DNA from: a virus
Taxonomy: Duplodnaviria > Caudoviricetes
Virus record (IMG/VR): IMGVR_UViG_3300020044_003057
Location: 1-43,543 of that record
DNA length: 43,543 bases
Strand: one strand, 5' to 3'
Made by a program: the position numbers and the translations under genes. This document shows positions 9,087 to 16,591 of this stretch, piece by piece (position 1 is the first letter of the stretch; every line of letters begins with the position of its first letter). The notes below the pieces were generated by a model, which searched no databases, was not told where the DNA came from, and was given only the letters and a program-made list of their open reading frames with translations.

Positions 9087-9370
9087 AATATTCGAAGTGC
9101 ATTGCAAATCAAGGACTTACGAGGGGAATATTCCAATATTCCAATATTCCACGATTTTCACGCAGAGACAGACCTTTTGATGTGTTACGTGCGTATGTGG
9201 ACTACGTGATGCAGGCGTTTCGTACGTATACACACGTCATACACGCTCGCCTGAGCGCAGCCATTTACGTAAGAATATTGGAATATTAGAATAATACCCT
9301 TGTAAGTGGATGATTTATAAGGCTTTTCAAATATTCTGTAGTTTATTCCGACACTTTTCAGTGGAATATT
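9087..9370. other. Dyad-symmetric origin-like element: AATATT(CC) repeats, inverted IHF-like sites, RY-rich core
   Basis: 8 AATATT hexamers; AATCAAGGACTTA at 9107-9119 matches WATCAANNNNTTR; inverted 1-mismatch copy at 9303-9315; dyad centre about 9211. Confidence 0.6.
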
Positions 9371-9517
9371 CTAAAGTTGGCGGTGGAGAACGATGGTGGC
9401 GAGGCTTATTGATTGCGTTAAGGGCTTGCCAATTCCCATGCTTCGTTGGACTCTGTGTCCAACATAGCCGCCTGATTAAGTATTGAGCAGTTTGTACGCT
9501 TACTCAGGCGTCTTGGG

Positions 9518-9916
9518 TCACGCTTCGATTGTGGTCACTTGGGCTGCGATGCGCTCGACGATGCCGAACACGAAGCCTTTCTGACCCTTGACTTCCTTGC
9601 CACTAGCCTTGACCGCAGCGGTCACTTGCTGGCACAACGTGAGCAGCATCTCTTTGGACACAGGGCCAGTCGCAGGCAGTGCGACATTCAAGTAGGGCAG
9701 CGCAGCCTTGGCTACCAAGCCACAGTTCAGGATATCCTCAACCACGGGGCGATACTGCCCATTAGCCAACCACTTGGCGTAGAGCGCCTGACCCATAGCC
9801 ATGCGAGTATCACGTGACGCGAAGGCGATAGCCCGTGCGAATGAGCCCGTCTTGCCAGTCTTAGCGGACAGAACTACTTGACCATTGCCTTCAACGAGTG
9901 CGATTGCATTTTCCAT
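9518..9916 (-). CDS. Hypothetical protein, first gene of the leftward operon (MENAIALVEG..., 132 aa)
   Basis: GGAG RBS before the ATG at 9916. Confidence 0.8.
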   Translation of the reverse strand: MENAIALVEGNGQVVLSAKTGKTGSFARAIAFASRDTRMAMGQALYAKWLANGQYRPVVEDILNCGLVAKAALPYLNVALPATGPVSKEMLLTLCQQVTAAVKASGKEVKGQKGFVFGIVERIAAQVTTIEA

Positions 9917-9949
9917 TTTGATTCTCCAGTGAATAAGTAAGTAAAGGGT

Positions 9950-10430
9950 TGATGTGCACACTGTCACTGCGCACAATAAACCCCTCACGTGAGTGAGGGT
10001 TGATACCAGCTTGCTGTTCTTGGTGCTGGCTTTTATGTGACCTCATCGTTCCTTTAAGTGAACGCTACTTGCTCACGTCTTTCCGTGAGGCCTCACCATC
10101 GGCGGATTCTTACCGCATACAGTGTCGCAGTCCCGTACTCGCAAGCCAGTGTTTCATGCGATGGGTTTGCCCTGCCACTACCGGCGCAGGGATGCTCTGT
10201 CATACGTGCTTTGTTCTCACGTCACGCCACGCGCTACCATGGCGGAATCAGTTTAGATTGTTAAATAACATGCACCACATAATGTCGTTCACTTTGCCCA
10301 AGCATGAAACCGATACCGAAGCATGGTCGCGATACTTAGAATGAAATACATTGTGTTGTTAATGAACTCGGTGTTGGGTAGCACGATCACTACCTACACT
10401 AACGGCATGAATCGGACAATGTGGTGCAGG
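9950..10430 (-). ncRNA. Candidate structured leader or non-coding RNA
   Basis: No credible ORF; long-range inverted repeat 10271-10287/10413-10428 plus many consecutive hairpins. Confidence 0.4.
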
Positions 10431-10433
10431 ACA

Positions 10434-10479
10434 GGGGACGGGGTGGGGGGGAGGGCCACGGACATGCGGAGGGGGGCGG
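10434..10479 (+). other. G-run tract (G-quadruplex-compatible); candidate packaging/terminus signal
   Basis: GGGG-AC-GGGG-T-GGGGGGG-A-GGG then GGAGGGGGGCGG, upstream of the terminase operon. Confidence 0.4.
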
Positions 10480-10560
10480 CTCTCTACCCATTACGCACAC
10501 GACAAGGCTAAAAATTTCCTATATACACACGTCTACATACATGCCAGCACCCCCCTGCGC

Positions 10561-10588
10561 TTGACACACCACGAATCTTTGCTACCAT
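10561..10588 (+). promoter_or_regulatory. Sigma70-type promoter for the rightward operon
   Basis: TTGACA-16 nt-TACCAT with extended -10 TG. Confidence 0.65.
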
Positions 10589-10619
10589 ACACACGTTATT
10601 AACCAACTAAGGAACCCAC

Positions 10620-10790
10620 ATGGCTACCAAAATGCCCCCGGCCCTCATGGCTAAGTTCAAAGGTAAAGAGTCAGCTAAGGAAGAAAAAGCTGAGAAGAAG
10701 ATGTCCCCAGCCATGTACAAGAAGGGCGAGAAGATGGAAGAGGCCAAGATGAAAAAATCTGGCAAGCCCGTCATGAAGGGCAAGTATTGA
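10620..10790 (+). CDS. Small Lys/Met-rich basic protein (MATKMPPALMAKFKGKES..., 56 aa; not in ORF track)
   Basis: TAAGGA RBS; open frame; stop overlaps the next ATG. Confidence 0.8.
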   Translation: MATKMPPALMAKFKGKESAKEEKAEKKMSPAMYKKGEKMEEAKMKKSGKPVMKGKY

Positions 10791-10927
10791 TGATTCGCCA
10801 CAATTTCTTCCTACCCGAAGACCTTGTGCATAAGATGAAGGAATACTCGGCTAAGACCGGTGTTTCTTTGTCTGAGATTGTTCGCCGAGCGATTGCGCAA
10901 TACCTAAAGAACGATGAACGAGTTTGA
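10790..10927 (+). CDS. Ribbon-helix-helix (CopG/Arc-like) DNA-binding protein (45 aa; not in ORF track)
   Basis: MIRHNFFLPEDLVHKMKEYSAKTGVSLSEIVRRAIAQYL: strand, helix, GxS turn, SEIVRRAI helix. Confidence 0.85.
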   Translation: MIRHNFFLPEDLVHKMKEYSAKTGVSLSEIVRRAIAQYLKNDERV

Positions 10928-11411
10928 AGTCGATGACCTGACAGCACACCTGAATCACTCAGAGTTTGCGTTATCGCCACAGGCGTCAGACCCCCACGTT
11001 ACTTTGGACATCCCGCCCCAGTTGGTATGGGAGTGCGCTGCTGGGTTAGAAGACCCTGTTGCTATTGCGCAACGCTTTGGCTTTGAGGGTGAGAAGTGGG
11101 AACGTCTATCCCAGTGGAGTCCGTTCATTACCGCAGTGCAGACACAGCGTGCTGAGTTTGAGCGTAACGGGATGACCTTTCGGCTCAAGGCCGGGCTCAT
11201 GGCTGAGGAGATGATGGCGATGATGTTCAAGCAGGCCATAGCCAACGACACCAGCGTGATGCAGAAGCTATCTGTGTTCAACGCGCTCACGGACGTGGCA
11301 GGGCTCAAAGCACCTAAAGAAGACAAGAACGCTGGGGCAAGCGTTGCACCGAAATTTAGTATCACCATAAACATACCCCAAGGGGCGCAGCCTCTGACCA
11401 TAGATGGCTAA
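10914..11411 (+). CDS. Terminase small subunit (putative)
   Basis: 165 aa immediately before TerL; HTH-like N-half, helical middle, C-terminal FSITINI strand. Confidence 0.7.
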   Translation: MNEFEVDDLTAHLNHSEFALSPQASDPHVTLDIPPQLVWECAAGLEDPVAIAQRFGFEGEKWERLSQWSPFITAVQTQRAEFERNGMTFRLKAGLMAEEMMAMMFKQAIANDTSVMQKLSVFNALTDVAGLKAPKEDKNAGASVAPKFSITINIPQGAQPLTIDG

Positions 11412-12804
11412 CCTTGTCTACACTCCGCCGACATCGGTGGTTCCGTTTCTTACAGCAGACAAGTTTGCTAACTTCATCGTAGGGCCAGTGGGTTCAACTA
11501 AGACCACCGCTGCGCTCATAAAGATCGGGTATGAAGCCAAGCGCATAAAAGCATCGCCTGATGGCATACGCCGCAGCCGAGTGGCAGTCATCCGTAACAC
11601 GCGCCAGATGCTCTGGGATACGACCATACCGGACTTTATCAAGTGGTATCCAGACGGTGAGGCCGGAATACTAGAGAAGACGAACAGCAAGTTTCAGTTG
11701 AAGTTTGACGACGTTGAATGCGAAGTCTTGTTCCGTGGACTGGACGATGCCAATGACGTACGTAGGCTGTTGTCACTACAGTTGACTTTCGGCGTGATGG
11801 ACGAGTTTCGGGAGATTAACCCTGACATTTACAACGCGCTGACGGGTCGTCTGGGGCGATACCCAGATAAGACGATGAATGGGGTCGGGGCTTGCGATGA
11901 CAAAGGCAAGCAGATTCACAAAGTTTGGGGGGCAACTAACCCGCCGGACATGGACACGTTCTGGGAAAAGATACTGACCGAGCCTCCGCAGAATATGCAC
12001 GTCACTATCCAGCCTAGCGGCTTGAGCCAAGAAGCTGACTGGGTGCAGTACCTGCCTGAAGATTACTATGAGAACCTGTGCGAAGGTAAGACAGACGACT
12101 GGGTAGACGTATATGTGCACGGTGAGTTTGGTAAGTCGCTCAGCGGACAGCCAGTGTTTCGGGCGTTTGACCGAGATACACATGTTGCGAAACAGACACT
12201 GACGCATATAAAATTGCAGACGCACCCCTTGATGATTGGGATGGACTTTGGGTTAACCCCGGCCTGTACTATTAATCAGGTGGATGCCCAAGGGCGGCTG
12301 CTGACATTTGCCGATTTAGTATCTGAGGGTATGGGGACTTTGCGGTTCTGCCGAGAGAAACTAAAACCCATGCTGGCTAACCGGTTCCCGGGTATGAACG
12401 TCCTGATTGTGGGTGACCCGGCTGGTCAGCAGAGGGCTCAGACCGATGAGCGATCGGTATTTGATATATTACGGGCTGAGGGATTTAGGGTTATTTCTGC
12501 TAAGTCCAACAGCATTGTTGCACGTATTAATGCAGTTGATAAGATGCTCACACGTACGGTGGATGGTAAACCTGCCCATTTAATTGACCCGTCATGTACA
12601 CACCTTATTGCTGCACTAAGAGGCGGATATAGGTATAAAATCCGGCAAAATGGCGAGGCAGACGACAAGCCAGAGAAAAATTCGCATTCCCACATTGCAG
12701 ACGCGCATCAATATGCGTGCCTACACGCAGACGGTAACGTAACTGGGGATTCTTGGTCGCGCAAAGCGGTTGAAGTCAAGAGAGTAGATTATGTCTGGAC
12801 TTGA
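11404..12804 (+). CDS. terL: Terminase large subunit
   Basis: Walker A GPVGSTKTT, Walker B GVMDE, ATNPP coupling motif, nuclease IGMDFG and HIADA. Confidence 0.95.
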   Translation: MANLVYTPPTSVVPFLTADKFANFIVGPVGSTKTTAALIKIGYEAKRIKASPDGIRRSRVAVIRNTRQMLWDTTIPDFIKWYPDGEAGILEKTNSKFQLKFDDVECEVLFRGLDDANDVRRLLSLQLTFGVMDEFREINPDIYNALTGRLGRYPDKTMNGVGACDDKGKQIHKVWGATNPPDMDTFWEKILTEPPQNMHVTIQPSGLSQEADWVQYLPEDYYENLCEGKTDDWVDVYVHGEFGKSLSGQPVFRAFDRDTHVAKQTLTHIKLQTHPLMIGMDFGLTPACTINQVDAQGRLLTFADLVSEGMGTLRFCREKLKPMLANRFPGMNVLIVGDPAGQQRAQTDERSVFDILRAEGFRVISAKSNSIVARINAVDKMLTRTVDGKPAHLIDPSCTHLIAALRGGYRYKIRQNGEADDKPEKNSHSHIADAHQYACLHADGNVTGDSWSRKAVEVKRVDYVWT

Positions 12805-12853
12805 CACGTAAACCAAAATCGTTTACACCCCCCATATATAAGATGTGACGCAT

Positions 12854-14989
12854 ATGCAACTTGGCTTAAATATTACGAACAGCAACGCGCCGGGAGTAGT
12901 TTCGGCAGGCGGTCTTGTCACTATTAAGTCTATCAAAGGGCTTCAGGACGAGGCAAAGGCCGAAGCACAACGGGCTAATTCTCAGCCTGTAGTACAAGCT
13001 TTGGCTGGGTATATCCGTAAGAAATGGATGTCTGCCATGCTGGCAAAGCAGCAGACTTCTGAAATCAAGATGCTCAAGTCTGTTCGGGCACGGCGCGGGG
13101 AATATGACCCTGATAAGCTGGCTCAGCTACGTGAGCAGGGTAGTGCCACTATCTACATGATGCTGACTTCGAACAAGTGTCGTGCGGCTTCTAGCTGGCT
13201 GAAAGATACCCTTGTCACCGCTGCTGAAGATAAGCCTTGGACTATTACGCCAAGCCCGATGCCAGACCTCCCGCCTGACCAAGTGCAGTCGATCATGGAG
13301 CAGGCGCAGCAGGAAGTGCAGCAGCTATACATGGCTGGTACACCCCCAACAAATCAGCAGGTGCGTGAGCGTTTGCTTGAGATGAAGGACATGGCGCTGT
13401 CCCACTTACAGGACGTAGCCAAGCGCACGGCTGAGCGCATGGAACTGAAAATGGAAGATCAGTTGTATGAAGGCAGCTGGTCTAAGGCGTTCAGCGATTT
13501 CCTAGACGACATCACCACGTTCCCCTCTGCAATCATGAAGGGGCCGGTTGTCCGCAAGCGCCCAAAAATGAAGTGGGTTCCCGGTGCGGCTGGGCATTAC
13601 AAGCTTGATGTAGTTGATGAACTCTGCCTTGAGTGGGAGCGTGTTGACCCATTTAATCTGTATCCTGCTGCGGACATGACAGATATTGACGATGGCGGTG
13701 CGCTCATTGAGCGCCATAAGCTGTCTCGGGCCGACTTGCAAGCCATGATCGGGGTTGAGGGTTACAGCGAGAATGCCATCCGTGGCGTACTGGAAGAATA
13801 CGGCAAGGGTGGTCTGCGCGACTGGATTTACGTTGACATGAACAAGGCTGCGGCTGAAGGCAAGTCAACCATGGGTGTTCAGCAGAACCCATCTGAGCTT
13901 ATCGACGCGCTCCAGTTCTGGGGTAATGTTCAAGGGCAGTTGCTTATCGACTGGGGTCTGACTGGGGAAGAAGTTCCAGACCCACTGATGGATTATCCGA
14001 TTGAGGGCTGGGTCATAGGCCACTGGGTGATTAAAGCCGCAGTAAACCCCGATCCATTGGGCCGCAAGCCGTACTACAAAGCATCCTACGAAGAAGTGCC
14101 CGGTGCATTCTGGGGTAACTCCGTAGCCGACTTGTGCCGTGACACACAGGACATCTGCAACGCAGCCGCACGGTCGTTGGTCAATAACATGTCCATTTCA
14201 TCCGGCCCACAGGTGGTTTACAACATTGACCGACTGCCACAGGGTGAGAATATCACTCAGTTATACCCATGGAAGGTCTGGCAAGTTACGTCTGACCCAA
14301 TGGCTGGCAGTGCGCCCCCAATGCAGTTTTATCAGCCAAATTCGCTTGCACAGGAGCTGATGGCGGTATATGAGAAGTTTGCCACGCTGGCGGATGAATA
14401 CACGGGTATACCTAGGTATATGACTGGCGATAGCCCTGCGGGTGGCGCTGGACGTACCGCTTCGGGTATGTCTATGTTGATGACCAATGCAGGTAAATCT
14501 ATTAAGCAGGTTATTGCCAATATTGATAACGCAGTTATTGAACCCGCGATTAATCGGCTGTATTTTTATAACATGCGTTACGGCTCTGACCCTGACCTGA
14601 AGGGCGATGTTAATTGCCGCGCCCGTGGTGCTGCTTCGCTGGTTCAGAAAGAACAAGCCCAAGTCCGCCAGAATCAATTCCTGCAAATTGCGCTGCAAAG
14701 CCCAGTTGTCCAGCAGGTGGTTGGTATGGAAGGTATTGCGGAGTTGCTACGGCAGTCGGCTAAAACCCTTGACCTTAACCCAGACCTTATTGTCCCCCCG
14801 GTTGAGATTATCAAGCAGCGCATGGTTATGCAGCAACAGATGGCGCAGCAGCAACAAATGATGGCTAACCAAGCAAATGGGCAATCCCAAGCTGGCGGGT
14901 CACCCCCGGCTCCTGCCCCCGGTGCGCAACTTGCAAATGGCGCAGCAGTGACAAATAATTTTGCACCGCAAGCTGGTATCCCCGGTTGA
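12854..14989 (+). CDS. Portal protein
   Basis: About 710 aa after TerL; ERVDPFNLYP, FWGNSV, TGIP motifs; Gln-rich C-terminal tail. Confidence 0.9.
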   Translation: MQLGLNITNSNAPGVVSAGGLVTIKSIKGLQDEAKAEAQRANSQPVVQALAGYIRKKWMSAMLAKQQTSEIKMLKSVRARRGEYDPDKLAQLREQGSATIYMMLTSNKCRAASSWLKDTLVTAAEDKPWTITPSPMPDLPPDQVQSIMEQAQQEVQQLYMAGTPPTNQQVRERLLEMKDMALSHLQDVAKRTAERMELKMEDQLYEGSWSKAFSDFLDDITTFPSAIMKGPVVRKRPKMKWVPGAAGHYKLDVVDELCLEWERVDPFNLYPAADMTDIDDGGALIERHKLSRADLQAMIGVEGYSENAIRGVLEEYGKGGLRDWIYVDMNKAAAEGKSTMGVQQNPSELIDALQFWGNVQGQLLIDWGLTGEEVPDPLMDYPIEGWVIGHWVIKAAVNPDPLGRKPYYKASYEEVPGAFWGNSVADLCRDTQDICNAAARSLVNNMSISSGPQVVYNIDRLPQGENITQLYPWKVWQVTSDPMAGSAPPMQFYQPNSLAQELMAVYEKFATLADEYTGIPRYMTGDSPAGGAGRTASGMSMLMTNAGKSIKQVIANIDNAVIEPAINRLYFYNMRYGSDPDLKGDVNCRARGAASLVQKEQAQVRQNQFLQIALQSPVVQQVVGMEGIAELLRQSAKTLDLNPDLIVPPVEIIKQRMVMQQQMAQQQQMMANQANGQSQAGGSPPAPAPGAQLANGAAVTNNFAPQAGIPG

Positions 14990-15013
14990 CAGTGTAATTT
15001 TTTGGTATATTAT
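14986..15013 (+). promoter_or_regulatory. Sigma70-type promoter for head genes, overlapping the portal stop
   Basis: TTGACA-16 nt-TATTAT. Confidence 0.6.
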
Positions 15014-15032
15014 CAACACAAAGGAGTTTTCT

Positions 15033-15242
15033 ATGAAAGCAATTAGCCCCAAAGATTCCCGCCCATCAGTTGGCGCAAGCGGTAAAGAATATGGTCAAGA
15101 GTCTGCCAAGACTGACGGTATGTCTAAAGGCCCAGCGTCGCAAGGTGCAGGCGGCGATAACGGTAATATCGTTTCGCTAGGTATGCGCGGCGGTGCTGAA
15201 TATTCGGCTGGTACTGCCAAAACCGACGGAATGTGCAAATAA
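15033..15242 (+). CDS. Small Gly-rich protein with duplicated EY....AKTDGM motif (69 aa)
   Basis: AAGGAG RBS before ATG 15033. Confidence 0.8.
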   Translation: MKAISPKDSRPSVGASGKEYGQESAKTDGMSKGPASQGAGGDNGNIVSLGMRGGAEYSAGTAKTDGMCK

Positions 15243-15476
15243 GTGGTTCGTGTCGACGATCGGGTAGCTCGGTGTTTTTCACTGATGCGCACCCAAGACA
15301 TGCAACCGCTGGTAGAATATTTAAAAGCGCGACGCCAAGAGACTCTTGAAAGACTTGGTGAAGCAACAGGTGAAGAAATGAAGAGTCGGCTGCAAGGCCG
15401 ACAAATCGAACTCAAGGAAATCCTTGAGATGGTGGAACAAGGGGAAACCCTGTTTGCCAAAACCCGTAGACAGTAA
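15243..15476 (+). CDS. Small helical protein between portal and scaffold (LQGR..EL..IL motif)
   Basis: 77 aa; position conserved in podovirus head modules. Confidence 0.8.
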   Translation: MVRVDDRVARCFSLMRTQDMQPLVEYLKARRQETLERLGEATGEEMKSRLQGRQIELKEILEMVEQGETLFAKTRRQ

Positions 15477-15591
15477 TCAGACCGTTAAGTCGGAGATTAC
15501 AGTCAAATTTGAAACCCTAAAGTAGCAGACCGTAAGCGAATAGAAACTGACCGTAAAGTCGGAGTTTCAAAGCGTAGTCGGAGCGAAGGAG
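15474..15591 (+). promoter_or_regulatory. Repeated-hairpin RNA element in the scaffold 5' leader
   Basis: Two stem-GAC-CGTWAA-GTC-GG-stem hairpins (15474-15499, 15543-15568) plus a split third copy next to the RBS. Confidence 0.55.
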
Positions 15592-15599
15592 ATAGAGAT

Positions 15600-16541
15600 A
15601 TGGCATTGCCACGAGTAATTCAGCAGCAAATTGATGACGCAGATGCGTATGTAGCCCAGATGAACGGTCAGACCGCACCAAATGCGGAGACTAACCCGAA
15701 TCCAGACCTTCAGTTAGAAGCGAACGACCCGCCGCAACCAGTCTCGCAAGAGCCGCAAACGAAAACGGTGCCCGAAGAAACGTGGGAACGAAAGTACCTT
15801 ACGCTCAAGGGAATGTACGACGCTGAAGTGCCACGACTGCACGCACAGACACGAGAGTTGAACCATCAGGTTCAAAACTTGATTGCTGAGAATGCTGCTG
15901 CCAAAGCCCAACAGATTAGTGCGCCATCGACGACGAAATCGACTCTTATCACTGAACAAGACAAAGAAGCATTTGGTTCTGACTTGTTGGATTTGATTGA
16001 CCGTGCCTCTGAGCAAAAAGTTTCCGAAGTTCGGAATCGCAATGCTGAGTTGCTTTCGGAAATCAGAGAGTTAAAAGGTAAGCTTGGGAACGTGAGTGAC
16101 CGGCAGGTGGTATCTGATAAAGACAGATTCCTAGCCAGCTTGAGCACAAAAGTTCCTGACTGGGAAGCCTTGAATGTAGATTCAGGTTTCTTAGCATGGT
16201 TGGCTGAAGTAGACCCCGTTTACGGACTACCACGCCAGTACGGATTGAATAATGCTTATGAGGCATTTGACGCAGACCGAACGGCTGCGATTTTCAGTCA
16301 GTACAAATCTATGGTTACACCTAAGACCCAGCAAAGAACGCCAAGTCTTTCGAGTCAAGTAGCACCGACTCGCTCTCGTAGTACGCCTGCTCAGAATTTG
16401 GGAACCGAAAAGCCGAACTTTAGCCAAGCTGAAATTTCGCAGTTTTACGACGACTGGATGAAGAACAAGATTACGAACGATGAAGCGGTGAAGATTGAAG
16501 CAGAAATCCATGCCGCCTACGCTGAAGGACGAATTCGATAG
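15600..16541 (+). CDS. Capsid scaffolding protein
   Basis: 313 aa; acidic/Pro N-term, coiled coils, C-terminal EI.AAY.EGRI; directly before the capsid; AAGGAG RBS. Confidence 0.85.
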   Translation: MALPRVIQQQIDDADAYVAQMNGQTAPNAETNPNPDLQLEANDPPQPVSQEPQTKTVPEETWERKYLTLKGMYDAEVPRLHAQTRELNHQVQNLIAENAAAKAQQISAPSTTKSTLITEQDKEAFGSDLLDLIDRASEQKVSEVRNRNAELLSEIRELKGKLGNVSDRQVVSDKDRFLASLSTKVPDWEALNVDSGFLAWLAEVDPVYGLPRQYGLNNAYEAFDADRTAAIFSQYKSMVTPKTQQRTPSLSSQVAPTRSRSTPAQNLGTEKPNFSQAEISQFYDDWMKNKITNDEAVKIEAEIHAAYAEGRIR

Positions 16542-16591
16542 TCCCCAAAGCATGGTGGCCTAAGCAAATCATTTTTAATTAGGAACATACC

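Noticed and set aside
638-9988. Longest-ORF starts in the track (946, 1501, 2763, 4064, 8483, 8820, 9988)
   Set aside because: Downstream ATGs with RBS or ATGA coupling fit better and remove long overlaps
10085-10195. Minus-strand AGGGCAAACCCATCG resembling the start of a c-di-GMP-I riboswitch
   Set aside because: The GNRA-capped P2 and downstream GGGACGCAAAGCC elements are missing
10000-10511. Plus-strand ORFs 10000..10344, 10058..10264 and 10323..10511
   Set aside because: No RBS, atypical composition, upstream of the rightward promoter; better explained as structured non-coding sequence
15474-15590. GACCGTWAAGTCGGAG repeats as a mini CRISPR array
   Set aside because: Repeats too short, irregularly spaced, only two full copies; no cas genes
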